The notes under the pieces: model-generated
Seen by the model: the letters and a program-made list of their open reading frames with translations, nothing else
What the model was told of the DNA's origin: nothing
Databases searched by the model: none
In this document: piece by piece, positions 54,967 through 64,000 of the stretch
Layout of the letters: each line of letters opens with the position of its first letter
How positions within the stretch are numbered: position 1 is the stretch's first letter
Origin: an uncultured Planctomycetota bacterium
Lineage (GTDB): Bacteria; Planctomycetota; Planctomycetia; Gemmatales; Gemmataceae
Direction: 5' to 3'
Length of the DNA stretch: 64,000 nt
NCBI GenBank assembly: GCA_963849325.1
Contig: CAWKHF010000005.1
Coordinates: 576,001-640,000 of the forward strand
Made by a program: the position numbers and the translations under genes

Positions 54967-55578
54967 TCACGACGTTCGAACGCGGTCGGCGCCCTCGACA
55001 GGGGGACGCGCGGCGCGTGGCCGTCGGCCGCGCTCCCAGCGCTCGCGCGCCAGCTCGTCCAATCGATCGCGCTCCTCATCCCATTCGTCCTCGTAAGCCG
55101 CGACGAACAGCTCCGAGACGCTGGTCAGCGTGATGGACGTGTCCGTGATTTCCTTGGGACGGATGGAGGTCGATTGCACCATGACCGCCAGGACGACCCA
55201 GCCGATCATGAGGACCACCCATCCGATGCATACCGCGGCGCTGAGGGAGTCGTTGCCCTTGTTGTTCACGGTGGCGAGGAAGGCGAGGAAGCCTCCCGCC
55301 AGGAGGAACAACAAGCTGCCGATCACCACAAGCTGCCGTATCATCCAGTGGCCCTTGTGCCGATCGCACAGTGGCACCTCGACGCGGCTGCGCTTGGTCA
55401 GAATGAGGGCCACGATGAGGAACGGTATCAGTCCCGCCAGCAGAAGGACGCCAACCCACGGTGGATACCAGGAGAACGTTTTGTCCTTGCGCAGCGTCGC
55501 CGGCGCCCCGCATTTCATGCACAGCTCCGGCAGGTCGCGCACACGCCCGTCGTAGGACTCCAGGCACACGGCGCTCAT
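54967..55578 (-). CDS. Hypothetical membrane protein (CxxC...C..H); 3' end uncertain
   Basis: LPELCMKCG, VPLCDRH, three hydrophobic segments. Confidence 0.65.
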   Translation of the reverse strand: MSAVCLESYDGRVRDLPELCMKCGAPATLRKDKTFSWYPPWVGVLLLAGLIPFLIVALILTKRSRVEVPLCDRHKGHWMIRQLVVIGSLLFLLAGGFLAFLATVNNKGNDSLSAAVCIGWVVLMIGWVVLAVMVQSTSIRPKEITDTSITLTSVSELFVAAYEDEWDEERDRLDELARERWERGRRPRAARPPVEGADRVRTS

Positions 55579-55700
55579 GACGTTCTCTCCGCAGAGATTC
55601 TTTCCGTCGGCCACATCGCCGGCGAGGGCGATGCGGCCATGAAGTAGTTCGTTCCCAGCCGACTGGGATTTGTTCCCAGCCGGCCAAGATTGGGTCCGCG

Positions 55701-56126
55701 TCAGTCGGCTTTCTTCTGACGTTTCGCTTCCCAGTCGAACGATCGGCTTTGATCGCCCCGGCCGATCTCCACTTTGCCCTTGATGGTGTCGCCTTTCTGC
55801 TCGCCCTTGTACTTCATGGTGAACTTCTGCCCGCCCTGCTCACGCGTGACCTGGAACGATACCTTGCCGTCCTTGACCTTGCCGTCCTCGATGTCGGTCT
55901 CTCGGCCGCCCGGCCCGGTCACGGTGCCGGTCAGCTTCTCGCCGTCCTGCTTGAGGTTGTAGGTGGACGTGATCGTCCGTCCGTTGCCGGTGGTGAAGCT
56001 CGACTTCCACGTTCCGGTCGCATTGGCCGCGGCCTTTTTCTCCTCCGCCCGCGCCCCGCCGGCCAGCAGGCAGCCTGCCAGGCCGAGCACCAGGACGCCG
56101 AACCCCATCCGTCTCTGTACGTTCAT
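55701..56126 (-). CDS. Secreted small beta-rich hypothetical protein
   Basis: Signal peptide; TGTWK, LKQDGEKLTG, WEAKR. Confidence 0.75.
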   Translation of the reverse strand: MNVQRRMGFGVLVLGLAGCLLAGGARAEEKKAAANATGTWKSSFTTGNGRTITSTYNLKQDGEKLTGTVTGPGGRETDIEDGKVKDGKVSFQVTREQGGQKFTMKYKGEQKGDTIKGKVEIGRGDQSRSFDWEAKRQKKAD

Positions 56127-56250
56127 GACTCACTTCCTTCCTTCGCTTTTTCACGAGTGATCCGGCCTTCTCACCACGCCCTGATTGCACTCGTTCGACA
56201 GTTCGCGGTCAAGGAAAAAGCCCGCAACTTTCGCCTCGGCATCTGGAAAA

Positions 56251-56316
56251 AACGTCGGAGCCGGCAGCGTCAGCGAGGGTTGACTTTCCCTTGCTGACGC
56301 TGCCGGCTCCGACGTT
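56251..56316. repeat. Palindromic REP-like element related to 26087
   Basis: aacgtcggagccggcagcgtcagc ... gctgacgctgccggctccgacgtt. Confidence 0.85.
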
Positions 56317-56337
56317 GGCCCGATTGGGCGAGACGAG

Positions 56338-56967
56338 TCACTCTTCCCGCATGGACTGGTTGAGGATGTCCACCAGTTCCTTGCTGATGTCGATGCCGGC
56401 GACGGAGTAAATCGGCGTCAACGGTCCGCATTGCAGCTTGCGGGCGATGTTCATCGGGCTGTTCCTCTCTTCCGGGGTGACGTGCTCATTGTAGTGCAGG
56501 ACCAATTCGAGGTCGTGGGCCACGGCGTAGCGCTGCGTCGCGTCGGTCACGTCCAGGTACAGCGTCTTCATGGCTTCCTCGGTCTTTTTGCCGACGGTCT
56601 TCTTGGCCTTGACCTGGTTGTCCTCCATCTCGCGCTGCAACGTCTTCAGCTTCTCCTCGGCGTCCTCCGACTTCGCCGGTATCAGGTCGGTGCCTGCCGC
56701 GATGCCCCTGCTCAGCTTTTCGGCCTGGATGCGTAGGTTCTTCTCGCGCTCCTGAAAGGGCCGCATCGCCGTCTTCATCTCTTCCTGATAATGGATGTAC
56801 TTCTGGTAGTGCTTGATAACGTAGGTCAGGTTGACGAGGGCAAGCCGCGTGCGCGGGGCGGCCGGCGAGGCCAGCTTGTGCTTTTCGCCCTCCGCTAGCA
56901 ACCGACCGGCGCCGACCACCACGGCCAAGGCCACGATGAGGCTTCCTACCCACAACAAGGCTCTCAT
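56338..56967 (-). CDS. OmpH/Skp family periplasmic chaperone
   Basis: Signal, LALVNL..V, coiled coil, LELVL, IDIS.E. Confidence 0.8.
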   Translation of the reverse strand: MRALLWVGSLIVALAVVVGAGRLLAEGEKHKLASPAAPRTRLALVNLTYVIKHYQKYIHYQEEMKTAMRPFQEREKNLRIQAEKLSRGIAAGTDLIPAKSEDAEEKLKTLQREMEDNQVKAKKTVGKKTEEAMKTLYLDVTDATQRYAVAHDLELVLHYNEHVTPEERNSPMNIARKLQCGPLTPIYSVAGIDISKELVDILNQSMREE

Positions 56968-57080
56968 GGTCCTTCTCCTTGGAACAGAGCATCCGCCGAC
57001 GTCAACTCCTTCGACACCCGGGGGTCCGGCGGAAGGGCGGAGTCTACCCGTTTTGCGAGGACAGCGTCAACGCGACGTTC

Positions 57081-57169
57081 CGAAATTAGGGAATAGGGAA
57101 TAGGGAATAGGGACGAGGCTTCTTCTCTCTTCCCTATTCCCTATTCCCTATTCCCTATTCCCTATTTCG
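57081..57169. repeat. Heptamer tandem inverted repeat (TAGGGAA)n/(TTCCCTA)n
   Basis: 4 and 5 units on the two arms. Confidence 0.85.
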
Positions 57170-57171
57170 AG

Positions 57172-57429
57172 TTACCAACTGCCGAGGACTTCCAGGGTGA
57201 GCTGGCCAAGGCTCTGCTCCGAAACGGACACGGCCTCGCCGCAGTCGGTGCAGCGGATCGTGCCGCAGGCGAACAGGGTCGAAAAGATCATATCTTCAAA
57301 CGTCTCTCCATCGCCCAGGGCGTACCAGGGGCCACCCTCGGCCATGCGATCCAGGACGTCGGCGGCCGGCGTCTCGGGCGAGGCCGCGAACGAGCACGAG
57401 CAGCGAGGGCAGTAGAGTTCGACTTGCAT
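57172..57429 (-). CDS. Small zinc-binding hypothetical protein
   Basis: CPRC...GDGETFEDMI...CTDC; GGAG RBS. Confidence 0.7.
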   Translation of the reverse strand: MQVELYCPRCSCSFAASPETPAADVLDRMAEGGPWYALGDGETFEDMIFSTLFACGTIRCTDCGEAVSVSEQSLGQLTLEVLGSW

Positions 57430-57764
57430 GACTCTTCTCCGGAACGGCGTGAGAGTTGTTTCGACGCCGTGAACAATTGCAAGTCGGATACCAAATCCTT
57501 TTTCTGTCAAGACGATTTTTCGGACTCACACGGACGTCCTTGCGAGCATTGATCTTAGGGTTGAAACGTCGTCCGCTTTCTGCGAGGAGCGGCAAACAGA
57601 AGCCCAGCGATGCGCAACTCTTTTACAACTTGGCAGGGAGGAAACTACAAACGGCTTCTCCGAATGGCTGCCGGGCTTGCTTCGCCGCTTCGTTTCGGGG
57701 ATTCTGGGGTGATACGAGAGACTTTACCGTTTGTATCGAGAATGCCTTGGAAAGCAGGAAGATC

Positions 57765-59843
57765 GTGCCCGAGCCGAACCCTCTGAGCGTCAGCCTGGAA
57801 ACTCTGCCGGGCATCTCCCCCGCCCGGCTGGAACGGCTCGACCGGCTCGGCCTGCGAACCGTCGGAGACCTGTTCTTTCATTTCCCACGGACTTACGAGG
57901 ATCTCAACGACGTGCGGCCCATCGCGGCGCTGTCGGAAGGGAGCATCCAGACGGTGCAGGGCGAGGTCGTGGAGATCGACGGCCGTTCGCTGAGCGATGG
58001 CCGAACGGTCGTGAGCGTCGTGCTCAGCGACGACGGCAAAAGCTGCCTGGAAGGAGTGTGGTTCAACCAGGCGTTCGCGGCGCGGCGCTTTCGCTACGGT
58101 CAACGCCTGTCCTTCAGCGGCAAGCCGAAGTGGTATCGCGATCACTGGCAGATGAGCAGCCCGCGCGTCCAGGTCCTCGACGGAGACGGCGGCGAAGGAA
58201 CCGGGCGTCGTGCCGGTCTATCCGCTCACGGAAGACCTGCGTCCCGAGCACCTGCGGCCGCTGATCGGCCGGGCCATCGACCTGTACGCCGCCGCAGTCG
58301 CCGACGTGTTGCCGGCCGCCCTGCGGCGCCGGCACGATTGGCCGGCGTTCGAGCCGGCCCTGCGCGACATCCACTTCCCGCCGTCGCTGGCGACGGCGAC
58401 GCGCGGACGGCGCCGCTTCGTCTACGAGGAGTTCCTCATTCTTCAGCTGGCGCTGGCCGTGCGTCGCCGCGAGGTCCGCGACGAGGGGCGAGCGCCGATG
58501 CTCGCCGTCACAGCCGCCATCGACGAGCGCATTCGCCGTTTATTTCCCTTCCGGCTGACCGCCGACCAGGACCGCGCCGTCGCCGAAATCTGCCGCGACC
58601 TGGCCGCGCGAAAGGCCGATGCAGCGGCTGTTGCAGGCCGACGTCGGCGCGGGCAAGACGGCCGTCGCCGTCTACGCCCTGCTGGTGGCGGTGGCCAACA
58701 AGCATCAGGCCGCCCTCATGGCCCCGACCGAGGTGCTGGCCCGCCAGCACGCCCGCACACTCGATCGCTACCTCGCCCACAGCCGCGTCCGCCGGCTGCT
58801 GCTGACCGGCGGCGCTGACGCCGGCCGAGCGGCGCGACGCCCTGGCCGCGCTGGCCGCCGGCGACATCGATCTCGTGGTCGGCACGCAGGCGCTGGTACA
58901 GGAGGACGTGCAGTTCGCCCGGCTGGGGCTGGTGGTCATCGACGAGCAGCACAAGTTCGGCGTCCATCAGCGGGCCCGCTTCCGCCGGCTGGGCGTCGAT
59001 CCGCATTACCTGGTGATGACGGCCACGCCGATCCCGCGCACGGTTGCCCTGACCGTCTTCGGCGATCTCGACGTGTCGCTCATCCGCGAGTTGCCGCCGG
59101 GCCGGCAGCCGGTGGCGACGCGCTGGGAGCCGGCCGGTCAGCGCGAGCGCGTCTATGCCCGGCTGCGCGAGGGGCTGCAACGCGGCCGGCAGGGTTACGT
59201 CGTCTGTCCGCTGGTCGAGGAGTCGGCCACGCTCGACGTGAAGGCGGCGACACAGACGCACGCGGAATTGCAGGCGGGACCGTTCCGCGATTTCCGCCTC
59301 GGTCTGCTGCACGGCCGGCAGGACGAGGAGACCAAGGCGGAGGTGATGGAGCGCTTCCGCAAGCACGAACTGGACCTGCTGGTGTGTACCTCGGTCATCG
59401 AGGTCGGCGTGGACGTGCCGAACGCAACGCTGCTGGTGATCGAGCATGCGGAGCGTTTCGGCCTGTCGCAGCTGCATCAACTGCGCGGCCGGGTCAGTCG
59501 TGGTCCGATGGCGGGACAATGCTACCTGTTCGCTGAGCCGCCCGGCGATGAGGGGCGGCAGCGTCTGCGCGCGTTTTTGCGGACGACCGACGGCTTCGCG
59601 CTGGCCGAGGAGGACATGCGGCTGCGCGGCGCCGGCGAGTTCTTCGGCACCCGACAGCACGGTCTCGGCGAGTTGCGCTTTGGCGACCTGGTACGCGATG
59701 CCGACCTGTTGACGCTTGCCCGTAAGGATGCTTTCGCTCTTGTCACGGACGATCCGCGCCTACAGCGGCCCGAACACGCCTTGCTCCGCGCCGCTGTTCT
59801 GGAACGCTACGGAAAGACGCTCGATCTGGCGGAGATCGGCTAG
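57765..59843 (+). CDS. recG: ATP-dependent DNA helicase RecG; frameshifted
   Basis: [68 protein letters not shown]. Confidence 0.95.
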
Positions 59844-59903
59844 GCGGAACTATGGTGAGGCGGTAGCGCGGAATATTCCGTGTGCGTCCTGCTGGAAGAC
59901 CTT

Positions 59904-60329
59904 ATGCCTGTGCTTTATCATGGTACAAGTCGAGCGTTTGCAAATGCGATGGCGGGTACCTCCGCCGGAGGAGGTATGGATGTAACACGGGGCAGGGGAG
60001 AGTTTGGGCGTGGTTTCTATACGCAAAGCTCCAGCGGCAACGCCGCTCGCCGTGCGCAGGCTCTCTACGGCAACAACAGCGCCGTGCTGGTCTTGACCAT
60101 AGACGATCAGGCATATCATGCCTTGACTTTTCGGCGTTTGACGCTGAACATGGCACAGGCGTTAAATGCTCAACTCAGGGGTAGCAATACACAGCATATT
60201 TTTACGACAGTGCACGATGCCTTGGTCGGTCCACTCGTGTATCAGCCGCGAATTGAGCAGCAGAAATTCCAAACGGTGAATGCACAGGTCCTATTAAATG
60301 GACCGCTGACTCAGCGGATGGTGAAGTAA
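59904..60329 (+). CDS. DUF3990-like putative ADP-ribosyltransferase-fold protein
   Basis: LYHGTS, GEFGRGFYT, DALVGP, QQKF; lower GC. Confidence 0.65.
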   Translation: MPVLYHGTSRAFANAMAGTSAGGGMDVTRGRGEFGRGFYTQSSSGNAARRAQALYGNNSAVLVLTIDDQAYHALTFRRLTLNMAQALNAQLRGSNTQHIFTTVHDALVGPLVYQPRIEQQKFQTVNAQVLLNGPLTQRMVK

Positions 60330-60350
60330 AACCGGATTGGAGGGAAGCCA

Positions 60351-60815
60351 ATGGCGTTTGTACATAGCCTGGTGAAGACGAAGCGGAATGGAAAGACCGG
60401 ATGGTGCGCGCCGGTTGAGCTGGGTGACGACGCACCGCATTACATCAGTTTTGTCATTCCCGTGGACGATAAGGGGGATTTCTTCCACGAATATATCTGT
60501 GAGACGATCACAGCGGAGGAAGAGGACAAGAGGATTGAGTCTCATACGTTAGTGCGGCAAGGGAAAGATTCGTTCCTATTGCCTCTTGGTGAGCTTGAGC
60601 TGTGGTTCACTGTCCGCCCCGTCCCAAGAGAGGAGCGTCGTTTGCCTTACATTGGGAAGCCGCAACACGACGACTTCTCCTTCCTATTCACTGAAATCGA
60701 GCCACAAGAGCCAGACAGGCTCGATAGGCTTTACGAGGAGGAGAACACTTTTATAATCGGCTGTGAACCTTTTACCCATTACTCGGGCATTACCAGGTTG
60801 GCGAAAAAGCGGTAA
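60351..60815 (+). CDS. Acidic hypothetical protein
   Basis: GGAGG RBS, clean ORF, lower GC, directly after the DUF3990-like gene. Confidence 0.65.
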   Translation: MAFVHSLVKTKRNGKTGWCAPVELGDDAPHYISFVIPVDDKGDFFHEYICETITAEEEDKRIESHTLVRQGKDSFLLPLGELELWFTVRPVPREERRLPYIGKPQHDDFSFLFTEIEPQEPDRLDRLYEEENTFIIGCEPFTHYSGITRLAKKR

Positions 60816-60911
60816 TATTGGTAATGCAAGGCGAAGGACTGTTTCGCTCGAAGCGAGTCGTGGTCGGAAGCGCGGCCGGCCGTGCTTGACCGATCTTGCG
60901 AGCCTTCCTGG

Positions 60912-63900
60912 CTATTGGCGCGAGCCGTTGTGGGCGTCCGCGTGGCCCGACGCCACCAGGCCGCCGTTGGAGCTGACGGCCACAACGTCAACGACATGGC
61001 CATTGAGTCGGGACGGCAGCGAATCGGCCGCTTTCTTCAGACGCAGATCGTTGAACCACTGAATGACGTAGTAGAACACCGGCGTCAGAAAGATGCCGAA
61101 CAGCGTCACGCCCAACATCCCGGCGAATACGGCCGTGCCCAGCAGGCGCCGCATCTCGGCCCCCGCCCCCTCGGCGATCACCAGCGGTACGACGCCGAGG
61201 ATGAAGGCGAACGACGTCATGATGATCGGCCGCAGACGCAGCTTGCACGCCGCCAGCGTCGAGTGGAAGCGATCGTTGCCGGACTCGCGCTGCGCCTTGG
61301 CGAACTCGACGATGAGGATGGCGTTCTTGCACGCCAGGCCGATCAGCACCACGAAGCCGACCTGCGTGAAGATGTTGATGTCCATGTGCGCCAGCAGTAC
61401 GCCGGCAACCGAACACAGCAGACACATCGGCACGACGAGAATGACGGCCAACGGCAGCGACGTGCTCTCGTACTGGGCGGCCAGCACCAAAAACACCAGC
61501 ACCACCGCCAGCAGAAACACCCACATGGCCGTGTTGCCCGTCTGCAACTGCAACAGGGCCAGCTCCGTCCATTCGTAGCGCATGGCTCGCGGCAGGTCTT
61601 TTTTGGCGACGTCCTCCATCAACTCGATGGCCTGGCCGGAGCTGATGCCGCCTGCCGGCGTGCCATTGATGGCAGCGGACGGATACATGTTGTAACGCAT
61701 GATGAGCACCGGGCCGTTCTCCTGACGCACCTTGAGCAGGGCGGCCAGCGGCACCATGCGGCCGTAGACGTTGGGGACCTTGATTTGCTTGAGGTCGTTG
61801 ATCTGCGTGCGGTAGTCGGCGGCGGCCTGCACGTTCACCTGCCAGGTGCGGCCGAAACGGTTGAAGTCGTTGACGTACAGCGAGCCGAGGTAAATCTGCA
61901 AGGTGTTGAAGACCTCGCTCATGGGGACGCCGTGCGTCTTGGCCTGGGTGCGGTCGATGTCCAGGTACAGCCAGGGCGTATTGGCCCGGAAGCTGGTGTA
62001 CAGGCCTTGCAGTCCCGGCGTGTCCTCGCCATTTTGAATCGTCTTCTCGGCGACGTTTTGCAGCGATTCCAGGCCGGTGTCGCCGCGATCCTCGACGATG
62101 ATCTTGAAGCCGCCGGCCGTGCCCAGGCCGTCGATGGGCGGAGCGCCGAAGACGTTGATCTGGGCGTCCGGGATTTTGTCTTGCAGCACCGTCTGCAAGC
62201 GGGCCGCGATGGCGTCGCCGCTCAGGTCATCCGTCGTCCGCTCGTGGAAGTCCTTGAGCATGACGTACATGGCGCCGAAGTTCGGCGCGTTGGCGTTGAG
62301 AAGGATCGATTGGCCGGCGATGGCGACGGTGTGCTTGACGCCGGGATCGTCCTTGGCGATGTCCTCGATCTGCCGCACCACGTCCTGCGTGCGTTGCGCC
62401 GACGATGAATCGGGCAGTTGGACGTTGACCAGCAAGTAGCCCTTGTCCTGCACGGGAATGAAGCCCTTGGGCGTGCGGATGAAGCCCACGTAGGTCAGGC
62501 CGAGCAGTCCGCCGTAAACCAGGAGCACGATGACGCTGACACGCAGCAACATGCCGACCATGCGCGTGTAGACGTTGGTGGCGACGTCGAACCCCTTGTT
62601 GAAGGCGCGGAACGACCAGCCAAGAATGCGGTTGAGCGGCCCGCCGACGATCCAGCCGGCAACCGCGCCGCCCAGGGCCATCACGCCCACGGCGATTTCC
62701 AGCGATAGCGGCCGCAGAGAAGCCGCATACGGCGCCGGCAGACGTTCCATTCCCTGTCCCAGCCAGTAGTCCAACCACGGCGCCAGATACCAGCCACCGA
62801 CCGCGGCGCCGGCGAGGGCGAAGGCCACGCGCGGCAGCGGCGGCGTGACGCTGCCCTTGGTGCGCGGCCGCAACAGCAGGGCCGTCAACGCCGGGCTGAG
62901 GGTCAGCGAGTTGAACGCGGAGATGAGCGTCGAAACGGCGATGGTCAGGGCGAACTGGCGATAAAACTGTCCGGTGATGCCGCTGATGAAGGCGCACGGC
63001 ACGAAGACGGCGCTGAGCACCAGGCCGACGGCGATGACTGGCCCGGACACCTGCTCCATCGCCTTGATCGTCGCCTCCTTCGGCGCCAGGCCATGTTCGA
63101 TGTGATGCTCCACCGCTTCCACCACCACAATGGCGTCATCAACGACGATGCCGATGGCCAGCACCAGGCCGAACAGCGTGAGGGTATTCAGACTGAAACC
63201 GATGGCGATCATCACGGCGAAGGTGCCGATGATGGCGACGGGTACGGCGACGAGCGGGATGACGGCCGAACGCCAATTCTGCAAAAACAACAGCACCACG
63301 ACGGCGACGAGGATGATGGCGTCGCGCAGCGTGTTGAACACCTCCCGGATCGATTCTTCAATGAACGGCGTGGTGTCGTAGACAATGTCGTAATCGAGTC
63401 CCTCGGGAAAGTTCACCTTCAGCTCCGCCATTTTCTTTTTGACTTCGTTGGACACGTCCAGGGCGTTGGAGCCGGGCAACTGATAGATCGATAATGCCAC
63501 CGACGGCTTGCCGTTGAGCGTGCAGGTCTGATCGTAGCCGAGGGCGCCCAGCTCGATGTCGGCCACGTCGCGCAGGCGCACCAACCGGCCGTCGCCATTG
63601 TCCCGGAGGATGATGTCGGCGAACTGATCGGGATTCATCAGCCGGCCCATCGTGCTCATGGTGTACTGGAAGACCTGGCCGCGCGACACCGGCGGTTGAC
63701 CGATCTGTCCGGCCGCCACCTGCGTGTTCTGCTCCATGATGGCCTGCGTCACCACCGACGCCGACAGGTTGCGCGACGCCATCCGCGACGGGTCGAGCCA
63801 CACGCGCATACTGTAATCGCGCTGACCGAGATAGGAAATGTCGCCAACGCCCGGCAGACGCGACAGCTCGTCCTTGAGCTGGATGGTGGCGTAGTTGCTC

Positions 63901-64000
63901 AGGTACAGGTTGTCGCGGCTGCCGTCCGGCGAGAACAGGTTGACGATCATGAGCACGCTGGGCGACTTCTTCTTGGTGGTGACGCCGCGGCGCTTGACCA
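60912..64000 (-). CDS. RND efflux permease (HAE1/AcrB family), 5' end outside the window
   Basis: GIVVDDAIVVVE, NSLTLSPAL, QYES..LP, LACKNAILIVEFA, RLRPIIMTS. Confidence 0.95.
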   Translation of the reverse strand, partial: VKRRGVTTKKKSPSVLMIVNLFSPDGSRDNLYLSNYATIQLKDELSRLPGVGDISYLGQRDYSMRVWLDPSRMASRNLSASVVTQAIMEQNTQVAAGQIGQPPVSRGQVFQYTMSTMGRLMNPDQFADIILRDNGDGRLVRLRDVADIELGALGYDQTCTLNGKPSVALSIYQLPGSNALDVSNEVKKKMAELKVNFPEGLDYDIVYDTTPFIEESIREVFNTLRDAIILVAVVVLLFLQNWRSAVIPLVAVPVAIIGTFAVMIAIGFSLNTLTLFGLVLAIGIVVDDAIVVVEAVEHHIEHGLAPKEATIKAMEQVSGPVIAVGLVLSAVFVPCAFISGITGQFYRQFALTIAVSTLISAFNSLTLSPALTALLLRPRTKGSVTPPLPRVAFALAGAAVGGWYLAPWLDYWLGQGMERLPAPYAASLRPLSLEIAVGVMALGGAVAGWIVGGPLNRILGWSFRAFNKGFDVATNVYTRMVGMLLRVSVIVLLVYGGLLGLTYVGFIRTPKGFIPVQDKGYLLVNVQLPDSSSAQRTQDVVRQIEDIAKDDPGVKHTVAIAGQSILLNANAPNFGAMYVMLKDFHERTTDDLSGDAIAARLQTVLQDKIPDAQINVFGAPPIDGLGTAGGFKIIVEDRGDTGLESLQNVAEKTIQNGEDTPGLQGLYTSFRANTPWLYLDIDRTQAKTHGVPMSEVFNTLQIYLGSLYVNDFNRFGRTWQVNVQAAADYRTQINDLKQIKVPNVYGRMVPLAALLKVRQENGPVLIMRYNMYPSAAINGTPAGGISSGQAIELMEDVAKKDLPRAMRYEWTELALLQLQTGNTAMWVFLLAVVLVFLVLAAQYESTSLPLAVILVVPMCLLCSVAGVLLAHMDINIFTQVGFVVLIGLACKNAILIVEFAKAQRESGNDRFHSTLAACKLRLRPIIMTSFAFILGVVPLVIAEGAGAEMRRLLGTAVFAGMLGVTLFGIFLTPVFYYVIQWFNDLRLKKAADSLPSRLNGHVVDVVAVSSNGGLVASGHADAHNGSRQ

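Noticed and set aside
57081-57169. TAGGGAA array as a telomere-like repeat
   Set aside because: Internal, short and inverted; same design as the other heptamer arrays.

Overview
High-GC bacterial window, most likely Planctomycetota (Gemmataceae-like). The evidence is tandem DUF1559 prepilin-like genes, a LEPR-XLL extracellular protein, PQQ-like propeller and HEAT proteins, and planctomycete-type palindromic repeats. Many genes, including recG, are broken by single-base indels, which looks like long-read assembly error, so frameshifted genes are annotated as single CDSs. Main results: (1) 950-7277 is a plant-like starch phosphorylation/degradation locus: a full-length alpha-glucan, water dikinase (GWD1/R1-like, two CBM45-like repeats, phospho-His and ATP-binding domains), a metal-dependent TIM-barrel protein and a plant-type (GH13_6-like) cytoplasmic alpha-amylase. 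(2) 49467-53007 is a defence hotspot in which an intact low-GC Pycsar-like cassette (class III nucleotide cyclase + transmembrane effector, own sigma70 promoter) sits between two diverged copies of the 3' end of a Type IIG restriction-modification gene, next to TA modules whose toxins are truncated while the antitoxins persist. (3) 59904-60815 is a low-GC ADP-ribosyltransferase-like (DUF3990-like) two-gene insert after recG. (4) 26124-38833 is a co-oriented oxalate decarboxylase / Mo-oxidoreductase / pyruvate oxidase-like / enolase-family / FAD-FeS / GH15 cluster. (5) The window holds many REP/MITE-like palindromes, some translated in-frame inside proteins, and two elements that share termini but carry different cargo. 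No rRNA, tRNA, CRISPR array or transposase was seen. All family calls are by motif recognition, not database search.
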